A stretch of 64,000 bases of DNA from Clostridia bacterium (GTDB taxonomy: Bacteria; Bacillota; Clostridia; Lutisporales; Lutisporaceae), in the NCBI GenBank assembly GCA_035628995.1, contig DASPIR010000017.1, positions 4,651 to 68,650 on the forward strand, in the 5' to 3' direction. Shown here piece by piece: positions 54,160 to 63,792 of this stretch. The number at the start of each line of letters is the position of its first letter. Positions within the stretch are counted from its first letter, which is position 1. The notes under the pieces were generated by a model that saw only the letters and a program-made list of their open reading frames with translations, had not been told where the DNA came from and did no database searches. Both the position numbers and the translations under genes were made by a program.

Positions 54160-55023
54160 ATGGAAGACTATAATAATAACTCATCACCATTAAGTGTATG
54201 TTGGAATATCACATCGGTTTGTAATGACAACTGTGAGTTTTGTTATCGTAACTCTAATTCCAAGATATTAAGTTTAGAAGAAAATAAAACTATTTTAAGA
54301 AAATTAATAAAAAGCGGAGTAAAAAAAATATCGTTGATTGGAGGAGAACCATTATTATATGATGGGCTCTTTGATTTAATAATGTTAGCACATGAAGCAG
54401 GAGTGGTAACATCCCTTACTACGAATGGGATTCTTTTAGATAAAGAAATACTAACAATTCTAGATAAGTGTCTTGATTGGTTGACTTTGTCTCTAGATGC
54501 ATCTAATGAGCAACTACAGACAAGGCTAACTCGTAATGAGAATCATTTTGAGAAAAATATTTCACTTCTTGAAATTATTAAAAGTAATAATTACTCAGTT
54601 AATATAAAAATTAATACCCTGGTAACAAAGATAAACAAACACGACGTTCCGAATATTACCAATATAATAAGAGAATATAATGTGAAAAGGTGGAAAATAT
54701 TTAGGTTTTTCCCAATTAGAGGACAAGCTATCGAGAATATCAGTAAATTTAATATTACAGATGATGATTATAATAGAATGAGAAAAGAAGTAACGTTAAT
54801 GAGAAGGTTCATCAAGGGATGTAATATATGCTTTGCTGATAAAGATACACTAAAGGACTCTTATTTTTTACTGTTCTCTGATGGAACCGTAATGAACTCA
54901 TGCAACGAACAAGATGTTATTGTCGGTAATTTATTAAGCGACGAGATAGCTGACATTTGGAGCAAAGAGTATTTTAACAAGAGCAGACACATAGAAGTGC
55001 ATGACTGGCTAATAAATGAATGA
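54160..55023 (+). CDS. viperin-family radical SAM enzyme (prokaryotic viperin-like)
   Basis: CNDNCEFC (CX3CX2C) at 54220-54243. Collinear with human viperin as recalled: SVCWNITSVCNDNCEFCY / SVNYHFTRQCNYKCGFCF; ISLIGGEPLL / INFSGGEPFL; SLTTNG / SIVSNG; KINTLV / KINSVI; VKRWKIFRFFPIRG / VRWKVFQCLLIEG; LKDSYFLL / MKDSYLIL. The 287-aa length is typical of pVips. Confidence 0.8.
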   Translation: MEDYNNNSSPLSVCWNITSVCNDNCEFCYRNSNSKILSLEENKTILRKLIKSGVKKISLIGGEPLLYDGLFDLIMLAHEAGVVTSLTTNGILLDKEILTILDKCLDWLTLSLDASNEQLQTRLTRNENHFEKNISLLEIIKSNNYSVNIKINTLVTKINKHDVPNITNIIREYNVKRWKIFRFFPIRGQAIENISKFNITDDDYNRMRKEVTLMRRFIKGCNICFADKDTLKDSYFLLFSDGTVMNSCNEQDVIVGNLLSDEIADIWSKEYFNKSRHIEVHDWLINE

Positions 55024-55056
55024 TAATTTAAATTGATAGAAAGTGAGAGAGCAAAT

Positions 55057-57210
55057 ATGGAAGTATTATCCCCAGCTGGTGATATGAATCAATTAATTGC
55101 AGGAGTGAAAGCTGGCTGTGATGCTGTTTATGGCGGACTTAAGCTTTGGAATGCAAGAAATAGAGCCAAAAATTTTACAATAGAAGAATACATTGATGCA
55201 GTGTCATATTGTAAAGAAAATAATGTTAAATTTTATCTTACTATCAATACTCTAATGTATGATAATGAAATAGATGAAATCATGAATGTATTAAAAGACG
55301 AGGAATTTATCTTGCCAGACGCTGTGATTGCATCAGACTTTGGACTTATAAAGGTTTTAACAAAGGAACTACCTCATTTGCATATACATGCATCAACACA
55401 GTTTGGTGCGCATTGTTTAGATGATATTACTTTCTTAGAAAAGCTCGGTATTAAGCGAATAATATTGTCTCGAGAACTTCTTATGGATGAAATTAAATAT
55501 CTTAAGTGCAATACTAGAAGTCAACTTGAAGTATTTGTATGGGGTGTGCAATGTATAGGTTTTTCAGGGATTTGTTATTGGGGATCTCTAGTTTTTGGCG
55601 GCAGTGGTAGTAGGGGTAAATGTCTTGCTCTTTGTAGAGATATATATAGTTTTAATAATAGAAAATGCAACTTTTTTTACTCTAAAGATTTAAAGGCTTT
55701 TTGTAAAGCACATGATTTGAATGAAATAGGAATTGATAGTATAAAAATTGAAGGTAGAAGAAGCCGTGATTATTCAGAAATCTATAATACAGTATCCGGT
55801 TTTAAAGAAGCATTAAATGCAAATTATCAGAGCGAAAACGTGGAAGTAAAGAACCCGTATTGCGGTTATCTAGAAAATAAGCTACCAGTAGAAGGTCTAA
55901 TAGAATTATGTAATGAAAGAAACATTGTCAGAAATATTCCATTTAGAGAAGTTGGACAACTTGATTTGATAGTTGTATCTAATGAACTAGGTGAACCAGG
56001 GTATATAAATGCAAGTGAATTAAATAAGAATGTAGGTACAGTAGGATTTGTAAAGAGTCGGATAACAAATAAGATTGTTCGAGGTAAAAGGAATTTTTCT
56101 ATAAATATTATGAGTAATCAAGAGGATATTATAAATTGTATTTATGTAATTGGAAACAAGGGAGAAGGGAAGATGTTTAGTTTGAAAACTGATCATGATT
56201 TAATTCAGAGTGATATCTATATTATTTATAGAGATATTTTAGATTCTCTGAATGGTAATACATTATCAGAACTGACTTTCCCCAAAACAATCGATTATAA
56301 GCTGAAATTTAATAAGAATGATTATGACCTTGTTATGAACTATATAAAAGAAAAATCAGCGATACCCAATATACATATAGAAAGAAATTCTATTAGTGAA
56401 AAAAAATATAATATTCTAAATGATGCCATATCGATAGAAGTAAATGATATAAACATGATTGCAGCATTGGATAAAGCTGGGGTTAACAGGATTATATATA
56501 ATATTAATAATATTGATGAATTAAGTATTGTTCTTGAACAGTATGGAACTTATCAAAATATCATATATAAGCTACCATATTTTGACTGGAAATCAGTAGG
56601 GGTAAAGCACCTTGCAAATCTGCTGAATAATCAAAATATAATGATTACACGGTTGTCGCAAATATCCATATTAGAATATGGGAAATTCAAATCTATGGAA
56701 GCAGATTATACTGTCCACTGCTGGAATAAAAGAACCATTAATTCCTTGATGGAATATGGAATAAATAGAATTACGTTATCACCAGAGATTTCCTTCGAAG
56801 ATGCTATAAAAGTTTTTAGTGATGTGAATATAAAATTAGAAATCATATTTGCTGGACATATACCACTTGCATATACACGACATTGTTTTGCTGAGAGTTT
56901 AAATTGTAATGCTGAGTGTAATAAAATAAAAGAACTAATTAATATTGATAAAGATATGAAGTTTATGATTAGATGCAGACAAAGTCACAGAGAAATATTT
57001 TATGAAAACCCCATTTTAGTGGATGTTAAAAACATAAGCACTTTACCAAATGGAACTACTTTTCGCTATATATGTAATATGCATAATCTTGAAGAATTAT
57101 TAAATAACATTCAAATAATGAAAAATGATCAACATTACTATGAGAAACTATTGCAAACAACGCTTTGGAGGAATAGCTATGTTGGTAATTTAAAGGAGAG
57201 TGTAAGGTAA
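55057..57210 (+). CDS. U32-family ('peptidase U32') Fe-S protein with two tandem U32-like modules
   Basis: N-terminus MEVLSPAGDMNQLIAGVKAGCDAVYGG... PROSITE-like E-x-F-x2-G-x2-C..G-x-C. C-x6-C-x15-C-x3-C at 55552-55635. A second TIM-like module in the C-terminal half carries ..EIIFAGHIPLAYTRHCFAESLNCNAEC... Confidence 0.8.
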   Translation: MEVLSPAGDMNQLIAGVKAGCDAVYGGLKLWNARNRAKNFTIEEYIDAVSYCKENNVKFYLTINTLMYDNEIDEIMNVLKDEEFILPDAVIASDFGLIKVLTKELPHLHIHASTQFGAHCLDDITFLEKLGIKRIILSRELLMDEIKYLKCNTRSQLEVFVWGVQCIGFSGICYWGSLVFGGSGSRGKCLALCRDIYSFNNRKCNFFYSKDLKAFCKAHDLNEIGIDSIKIEGRRSRDYSEIYNTVSGFKEALNANYQSENVEVKNPYCGYLENKLPVEGLIELCNERNIVRNIPFREVGQLDLIVVSNELGEPGYINASELNKNVGTVGFVKSRITNKIVRGKRNFSINIMSNQEDIINCIYVIGNKGEGKMFSLKTDHDLIQSDIYIIYRDILDSLNGNTLSELTFPKTIDYKLKFNKNDYDLVMNYIKEKSAIPNIHIERNSISEKKYNILNDAISIEVNDINMIAALDKAGVNRIIYNINNIDELSIVLEQYGTYQNIIYKLPYFDWKSVGVKHLANLLNNQNIMITRLSQISILEYGKFKSMEADYTVHCWNKRTINSLMEYGINRITLSPEISFEDAIKVFSDVNIKLEIIFAGHIPLAYTRHCFAESLNCNAECNKIKELINIDKDMKFMIRCRQSHREIFYENPILVDVKNISTLPNGTTFRYICNMHNLEELLNNIQIMKNDQHYYEKLLQTTLWRNSYVGNLKESVR

Positions 57211-57939
57211 ATGAGAAAAAAAAGTGAGTGGGGTAGTTCGCCGACCAGAATTTACAGGATTCTAAATAGATTAGAGAAGGAAAAAGATAGCTTTACTACA
57301 TGCATTGTTGGTTGCTCAGACGGCAAATTTGTTTTACCTTTCGCTCGGAAGAAACATTTTATAGTAGGATATGACATTGATAGAATTGCGCTATATGGTG
57401 GAAAAAAATTATTCCCAATAAAAAGAGATATTACCAAAAAATATGAATTTGAATCTACTGAAGGAATTGTTGGAAATAAAATTACTTCGTATAAAATACC
57501 AACAGAAGAAAGAGATATGACAGGTCTATTGCAGAAGATAAAGAAAGATGGGTTAGAAAAGTATGTAGAGATAAGATTATTAGATTTCTTTAAAAGCGAA
57601 GTTGATAAAAAATATGATTTAGTCTTTACAAGTTGTTCGTTACATTATAAAAATAATAATGCATTTTCGCTTGAGCAATTGATTAATAAATTAAAAGATG
57701 CAGTAGAAGTAGACGGGTATTTATATATAGACTATATGATGACTCTCTTTGATTATCCTACTTTTGAATCAGATTTATTCTGTAAACCGGAACAGATGAA
57801 AAGCTTTTTTGTAGATGAAGATTGGAAAGTTGAATATTATAGAGAAATGAAGAAACCAGTATTTGAAGCTGCTCATGTGGATTGTGTTTATGACCACTTT
57901 CACAGGTTTGGGTACTTGCTAGCTAAGAGGCTTAAATAA
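57211..57939 (+). CDS. class I SAM-dependent methyltransferase (TehB/TPMT-like)
   Basis: Motif I ..CIVGCSDGKFVLPFA.., post-I ..VGYDID.., motif II ..YDLVFTSCSLHY... Its ATG directly abuts the U32 stop (TAAATG). Confidence 0.7.
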   Translation: MRKKSEWGSSPTRIYRILNRLEKEKDSFTTCIVGCSDGKFVLPFARKKHFIVGYDIDRIALYGGKKLFPIKRDITKKYEFESTEGIVGNKITSYKIPTEERDMTGLLQKIKKDGLEKYVEIRLLDFFKSEVDKKYDLVFTSCSLHYKNNNAFSLEQLINKLKDAVEVDGYLYIDYMMTLFDYPTFESDLFCKPEQMKSFFVDEDWKVEYYREMKKPVFEAAHVDCVYDHFHRFGYLLAKRLK

Positions 57940-58062
57940 GAGTTATATCCAGCTATAGCTTCCGTATGATACCTTTTGCATATTAATATAAGATACTAAA
58001 CTTTATAAAGCCTAGTTACTAATAACAGCATAAGAATTATTCTGCTGATAAGGAGCAATATT

Positions 58063-59292
58063 ATGAATAATAAAAATTTACTTATCCTTTCTTTTGCTAG
58101 ACATAGGGAATTTGCTCTAAAAACTTTACTAAGAAAAGGCATTAGAATTCTTACCATCGATAATGTTTTCAATAGTAAAGTTGAGGTAGCCGATTATGTA
58201 TACTATATAAATAATAGAAGAGATTCGTCAGAGATGTTTCAAGCTGCTGTGGATTTTTACAAAAAAAGGAAGTTTGATGGTGTTTTTTCTTTCCTTGATA
58301 GTAGCACCATTACACTTGGCATGTTAAGTGATTATTTTGAGCTTAGTTATTTTAGTGAATCTGTTGGAAGAATATTATCAGACAAATATGAAGTAAGGAA
58401 GTTCTTGCAAAAGATTGGTGCAAATAGACTTTTGTTTTTTAGTGTAAAGTCTGAAGCTGAGCTATATAAAGCTGCTGAAACTATAGGATTCCCTTTTGTA
58501 TTGAAGCCAAGATGTAGAAGTGCTGGAGAGGGAGTAGTAGTTATAAATAATAAACAAGAAATGTTATCTTCATATAAGCAAGTACTGCAAGCTGCTAAAT
58601 CTCAAGACCTAATTGCTGAGGAATACATTTGCGGAGATGAGTACTGTGCTGAGACTCTTATTTATAATGGTGAAGTTTATGTATTAGCAGTAACAAAGAA
58701 GTATGTAACACATGATAGGTATTGCATAGAGTATATTGAATTAACACCAGCTCCAATTCAAACTAATTTATGGAATAAGATTAGTGATTTCGTGAGGCAT
58801 ACTATTTCTGAATTTGGCATACAGAATGCTGTATTGCATATAGAACTAAAAGTCAATCAAAGCGATGAAGTCAGGCTAATTGAAATAAATCCAAGACCCG
58901 CTGGGAATAACATTATTGAATCTATATATAAAACTAAACAATTAAATCTATATGACTATGCATACGATATTGCCCTTAAAAAACCTATAGATGTTAATAA
59001 GCTAAAGCAACAAATGGACAAGCCATTTATTAGATATGCTCTAACTTACGATTTTCTAAATCCAACGTGTGAAGGAAAAATCAAAGAAATAAGTGGAATT
59101 AGGGATGCAATTTCAATGTTGGAACATGATTGTGAAAAGTTAACACTGAAATATAAAGTAGGAGACCTTCTGCCATTACCTAAGTCAAACAACGAAGTCA
59201 GGGGTTCAATATACCTTGTAGATAAAGATTACCACAGGATTATTAAAAGATCAGAGGAGATTGAAAACGTACTCCATTTTGAATTAGAATAA
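58063..59292 (+). CDS. ATP-grasp ligase 1
   Basis: ..DKYEVRKFLQKIG..GFPFVLKPRCRSAGEGVVVI..HIELKVNQSDEVRLIEINPRPAG... Confidence 0.75.
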   Translation: MNNKNLLILSFARHREFALKTLLRKGIRILTIDNVFNSKVEVADYVYYINNRRDSSEMFQAAVDFYKKRKFDGVFSFLDSSTITLGMLSDYFELSYFSESVGRILSDKYEVRKFLQKIGANRLLFFSVKSEAELYKAAETIGFPFVLKPRCRSAGEGVVVINNKQEMLSSYKQVLQAAKSQDLIAEEYICGDEYCAETLIYNGEVYVLAVTKKYVTHDRYCIEYIELTPAPIQTNLWNKISDFVRHTISEFGIQNAVLHIELKVNQSDEVRLIEINPRPAGNNIIESIYKTKQLNLYDYAYDIALKKPIDVNKLKQQMDKPFIRYALTYDFLNPTCEGKIKEISGIRDAISMLEHDCEKLTLKYKVGDLLPLPKSNNEVRGSIYLVDKDYHRIIKRSEEIENVLHFELE

Positions 59293-59405
59293 GCTGAAAA
59301 TAATTATAAGAGTTACTATTTGCATAAATCGATAGTAATTTTAAACTATTAGGTTTGTATTGGTTTACAGCTATATTATAAATATTTTTATTAAGAGGGA
59401 TTACG

Positions 59406-60452
59406 ATGATTGAAAAATTAGAAAATTTACGAAAAGAAATTGACAAAATTAATGTTAATTTACTAGATTTACTAAATAAAAGAACCGAGTTAGTGCAAGA
59501 AATTAGCACTTTGAAAGATGGGCTCAATAGTGAATACTTTGACCCTGTAAGAGAAAAGCAAATGCTAGATAACATTATAGGGCAAAATAGAGGACCTCTG
59601 CAAAACGAATCTGTCAGAACGATTTTCTATAATATATTTAGAACATCACTTAATATTATGGGATCTGTAAAAGAAAAGAGACTACTTGTTGGTGCAGGTA
59701 GTGATATTGCATTTGAGAGAATTAATGAAATGTTCGATTTACCCATTAATAGCAAAGTCATAATAGCAGGACCATGTGCTGTGGAAGAATTTGAACAACT
59801 AGATCAAATTGCTCAATTAATTAAGAGTAAAGGCCTAAAATTTTTAAGGGGAGGTGCATATAAGCCCAGAACATCGCCCTATGATTTTCAAGGGAAAAGG
59901 GAAAATGGGGTAAGAATGTTATATGAGGTAGGAAGAAAATATGATCTGAAAACTGTGACAGAGGTTGTAGATACAAGAGATGTTGAACTTGTATCTAAAC
60001 ATGTTGACATTTTACAGATTGGTGCGAGAAATATGACAAATTTTGAGCTTCTTAAAGAAGTAGGAAAGATTAATAAGCCAGTAATATTGAAGCGAGGAAT
60101 GAATGCAAAAATTGATGAATTTATATTTGCAGCTGAATATATTGCTCTTCAAGGTAATAGAAAAATAATACTTTGCGAACGAGGAATCAGGACTTTTGAA
60201 ACCAAAACACGGAATACACTTGATATCAGTAGTATTCCTATACTAAAAAAAGAAACAAATCTTCCAGTAATAGTAGATTTAAGCCACTCTTTAGGACGAA
60301 AAGATATAATAAATGATGTCGCCAAAGCCGTTGTTGCTGTTGGAGCAGAAGGTATAATGGTTGAGGTTCATCCATATCCACATCTTGCTTTATCTGATGC
60401 AGAACAACAATTAAATCCAGAAGAATTTTTAAGCTTACTTAAGCTTATTTGA
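59406..60452 (+). CDS. bifunctional chorismate mutase (AroQ) / 3-deoxy-7-phosphoheptulonate (DAHP) synthase, type I-beta
   Basis: N-terminal CM helix bundle (..[26 protein letters not shown]..) followed by ..[46 protein letters not shown].., as in the B. subtilis AroA(G) architecture. Confidence 0.85.
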   Translation: MIEKLENLRKEIDKINVNLLDLLNKRTELVQEISTLKDGLNSEYFDPVREKQMLDNIIGQNRGPLQNESVRTIFYNIFRTSLNIMGSVKEKRLLVGAGSDIAFERINEMFDLPINSKVIIAGPCAVEEFEQLDQIAQLIKSKGLKFLRGGAYKPRTSPYDFQGKRENGVRMLYEVGRKYDLKTVTEVVDTRDVELVSKHVDILQIGARNMTNFELLKEVGKINKPVILKRGMNAKIDEFIFAAEYIALQGNRKIILCERGIRTFETKTRNTLDISSIPILKKETNLPVIVDLSHSLGRKDIINDVAKAVVAVGAEGIMVEVHPYPHLALSDAEQQLNPEEFLSLLKLI

Positions 60453-60537
60453 TTTTATATTTCACTAATATTAGAAGCTGCGATATATTGTGCTAGTTAA
60501 TAGATTCTGTACAGCAATCATATTGGGAGGGAATACA

Positions 60538-61392
60538 ATGACAAAAGGATTCATAGAAACGGAAATAAAGATTCTTAATATAGATGTTAACTTTGTAATA
60601 AGTAGACTTCAAAAGGTAGGAGCAGTTTTTATAGAAGAAAATATACAGAAGATATATACATATGATGTAAATCCAATATCAACTACTTATAAGAGTTTAC
60701 TTTTTGAGCTAAACGAAAAAAGATACAATATTAAAAATGAAGATATCTTATTAAAAAGAATCAATGCAGTATTTTCAGATATGGATCATATTATCAACGA
60801 TAAAGATAGAGAAAAGTTTTATAAAATTACTAATTATTTTAGTATGCAGGAGTTTTCTAAAAGCATAAAAAAGATTGATAGTTCAATTATTAAGTTATTG
60901 AACGAAGACAGTCTAATCTCAATTATTAACTCATATTATATCAATCCTGGTAAATGGATTAGATTAAGGGAAACTGGTAATGAAGTAACAATAACAGTAA
61001 AGCAAAAAATAGGTAATAATAAAGTAAATAGTGACAATAAATATCAAATCGATAGCATAAGGGAGATTGAAGTTAAAGTTGATAGTCTTGAGAAAGGCAA
61101 TTTGCTATTATCAGAGTTAGGCTTCTTCTATAGAAATTATCAAGAAAAGAAGCGAATTAGCTATTTATACAAAGATAAAATAAGTATTGATATCGACTTC
61201 TGGCCTTTTATTCCGCCATATATAGAAATTGAGGGTGAGAATAAAGATGAAATATACGAAGTAGCGAGAATGCTTGGATATGGAAATGATGAAATAAAAG
61301 TGATGAATACTGATGAAGTATATTTAATTTATGGTATTAATATTTATGATTATAAAGAACTTAAGTTGGATAGACCTCTTATGCAATTATAA
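60538..61392 (+). CDS. CYTH-domain protein (triphosphate tunnel metalloenzyme / class IV cyclase fold)
   Basis: N-terminal ExExK signature (ETEIKIL), ..WIRLRETGNEVTITVKQK.. and ..ISIDIDFWPFIPPYIEIEGE... A ~90-aa insertion follows the first strands. ATG at 60538 follows GGGAGGG. Confidence 0.65.
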   Translation: MTKGFIETEIKILNIDVNFVISRLQKVGAVFIEENIQKIYTYDVNPISTTYKSLLFELNEKRYNIKNEDILLKRINAVFSDMDHIINDKDREKFYKITNYFSMQEFSKSIKKIDSSIIKLLNEDSLISIINSYYINPGKWIRLRETGNEVTITVKQKIGNNKVNSDNKYQIDSIREIEVKVDSLEKGNLLLSELGFFYRNYQEKKRISYLYKDKISIDIDFWPFIPPYIEIEGENKDEIYEVARMLGYGNDEIKVMNTDEVYLIYGINIYDYKELKLDRPLMQL

Positions 61393-61568
61393 TTATTCGT
61401 TTACTGTTCTAATATCATTACAGAAAAATGCACTTATTTATACAAGTTACTATTCAACTAGATAGTTTGATAAAATTATATGGGATATTATAACTTATTG
61501 TAACTATAGTTATGTTGAAGCTTAGGAGTGAACTGTAAAGTATGAGACTTGAAGTGGGGGAGAGAATA

Positions 61569-62783
61569 ATGACGGAAAAAAGATTAATTTTAGTCGGAAG
61601 TGGTTCTAGAAGGTATAGGAGTTATATTGTTGATGCGGCTGTGTCTATGGGAATCAAAATCACACTGCTTACTGATAAAGTTGTTAGATGGGAAAAAGAT
61701 CTCTGTGATAATATACTATTCGTTAATATTAGAGATGCTGAAGCTATGCAACAAAGACTTTATGAATTAATGGGAGCTATTAAGTTTGACGGTATAATTA
61801 CATATGACGAAGAATTGGTAATACCGACAGCGGAGTTAGCCCAGAGGCTAGGACTCCGATATATAAAACCCGAAACCGCTGTTGCAGCAAGAAATAAATA
61901 TGTAATGCGTTCTAAGTTAAAGGAAAACAGAATTAGAGTACCTGAATTCGTAAAAATTAGTGATGTTGAAGATTTTAAAAAAGCAATTTCAATAATGAAT
62001 TTTCCAGTAGTAATAAAACCAATTGACGGTCATAGTAGCATTGGCGTTATCAAAATAGAAACAAAGGAAGTTGCCTATAGAGTATTTGAAAATGTAACAC
62101 ATATAAAAATAAATGGGAGAAGTCAAAACACATTCATTCTTGAGGAATACGTTAAGGGAAAAGAAATAAGTGTAGAATCTTTGGTATATGAAAATGAAAT
62201 ACTTCATTTTGGGATTACACAAAAGTATACTAGCTCAGAACCATATTTCGAAGAAATAGGCCATTCTTTTCCGGCAAATATATCTCAAAGTTTAAGAGAT
62301 GAGATAATAAGTATTGTAGAAAAAGGAATTAGGGCACTCGGAATTAATATTGGGGCAACACACACAGAATTGAGATTAACGAGTGAAGGACCAGTAATTA
62401 TAGAAATTGGAGCTCGATTAGGAGGAGATAGAATACCTTATCTTGTTTATCTTGCAACTGGTGCAAATATGGCTCAAGAAACTATCAAAGTTGCATTGGG
62501 GATAAAACCCAGTATAGACATTCTATATAATCGCGGTGCGGCAATACGATTCATCATTCCGTATAAGTGTGGAGAAATAGTTGAATATCCTAATCTTGAC
62601 AAAGCATCAAACTATCCCGGAATATGTGAAGTTAGTTTCAAGGAGCAGGTTGGTCAAATAAAATTGCCACCAGAAGGGTTTTTTACACGTTTTGGGTTTG
62701 TTATAGCTATAGCAGATCAAGCAAATGAGGCATATCAGAAAGCCTGTGAAGCAGAAAAACTCATAGTTATTAATATACAATAA
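61569..62783 (+). CDS. ATP-grasp ligase 2
   Basis: ..NKYVMRSKLKENRIRVP..NFPVVIKPIDGHSSIGV..HTELRLTSEGPVIIEIGARLGGDRI... ATG at 61569 follows GGGGAG. Confidence 0.75.
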   Translation: MTEKRLILVGSGSRRYRSYIVDAAVSMGIKITLLTDKVVRWEKDLCDNILFVNIRDAEAMQQRLYELMGAIKFDGIITYDEELVIPTAELAQRLGLRYIKPETAVAARNKYVMRSKLKENRIRVPEFVKISDVEDFKKAISIMNFPVVIKPIDGHSSIGVIKIETKEVAYRVFENVTHIKINGRSQNTFILEEYVKGKEISVESLVYENEILHFGITQKYTSSEPYFEEIGHSFPANISQSLRDEIISIVEKGIRALGINIGATHTELRLTSEGPVIIEIGARLGGDRIPYLVYLATGANMAQETIKVALGIKPSIDILYNRGAAIRFIIPYKCGEIVEYPNLDKASNYPGICEVSFKEQVGQIKLPPEGFFTRFGFVIAIADQANEAYQKACEAEKLIVINIQ

Positions 62784-62820
62784 GGGGGGGCAACTTTCTG
62801 AATTATTTCAGAATAAAAGT

Positions 62821-63792
62821 ATGATTGCGATTAATGTAGATAACATAACTAGGAAGTATAAAAGTACAAATATATGGGGGCAACTAAAAAGTGAACACAT
62901 AGCCGTTGATAATGTTTCTTTTGATATAAAGAAGGGAGAACTATTTGGCCTATTAGGCCCAAATGGTGCGGGTAAAACTACTATCATAAAAATGCTTACA
63001 ACTCTACTTTTGCCAACATCAGGAACAGCACACATCATGAATTATGATATTCGGAAAGATATGCAAAGAATAAGGGCTATTATTAATTTTACTTTTGGAG
63101 GAGATAGAGGGTTATATTGGAGACTTTCTGCTAGGGATAATCTTAGATATTTTGCTGATTTATATAATGTTGAACGAGGTATTGCTGATAAAAGAATAAA
63201 TGAGATATTAGAGCTTATTGGAATGACAAAATGGGCAGATGATAGAGTAGAAAATTACTCTAAAGGAATGAAGCAACGGTTACACATAGGAAAAGTATTG
63301 ATAAATAATCCGGATATTATTTTTTTTGACGAACCAACATTAGGGTTAGACCCTGTTGGTGCTAAGGATCTAAGAAAAATAATTGTAGATCTACTAGAAT
63401 TAGATAAAACAATACTTCTTACAACTCATTATATGTTCGAAGCAGACATGCTGTGTAATAGGGTGGCTATTATAAATCACGGAAAAATTATTGCAAATGA
63501 TAGGCCAGGGGAATTGAAGAAGTTGCTTAAGGATGATGTAGTGTTAGAAATTGAAGTATATGGAGCTACAAAAGAGAGACTAGATGATATAAAAAAACTT
63601 GAATGTGTTGAAAGTCTAAATGTAAAGCAAGTGGAACAAAGTCAATTAATTCAAATACAACTTAAAGAAAATAATGAAATCATCAATCAAATTCTGAACA
63701 TCCTTAACGATGTTCAGATAAAAGAAATTAGAAACAGAAAACCTACACTGGAAGATGTTTATATTAAACTAGTAGGTGGGATAAATGAATAA
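62821..63792 (+). CDS. ABC transporter ATP-binding protein (ABC-2 / DrrA-like exporter type)
   Basis: Walker A GPNGAGKTT, signature YSKGMKQRL, Walker B IIFFDEPTLGLD. Confidence 0.9.
   Translation: MIAINVDNITRKYKSTNIWGQLKSEHIAVDNVSFDIKKGELFGLLGPNGAGKTTIIKMLTTLLLPTSGTAHIMNYDIRKDMQRIRAIINFTFGGDRGLYWRLSARDNLRYFADLYNVERGIADKRINEILELIGMTKWADDRVENYSKGMKQRLHIGKVLINNPDIIFFDEPTLGLDPVGAKDLRKIIVDLLELDKTILLTTHYMFEADMLCNRVAIINHGKIIANDRPGELKKLLKDDVVLEIEVYGATKERLDDIKKLECVESLNVKQVEQSQLIQIQLKENNEIINQILNILNDVQIKEIRNRKPTLEDVYIKLVGGINE

Noticed and set aside
59406-60452. The CM-DAHP synthase could be the housekeeping aroA(G)/aroF of the organism
   Set aside because: This is not excluded. However, the gene shares the AT-rich composition and orientation of the island and has no other aro genes nearby, so I treat it as a cluster-dedicated copy pending a whole-genome check for a second DAHP synthase.
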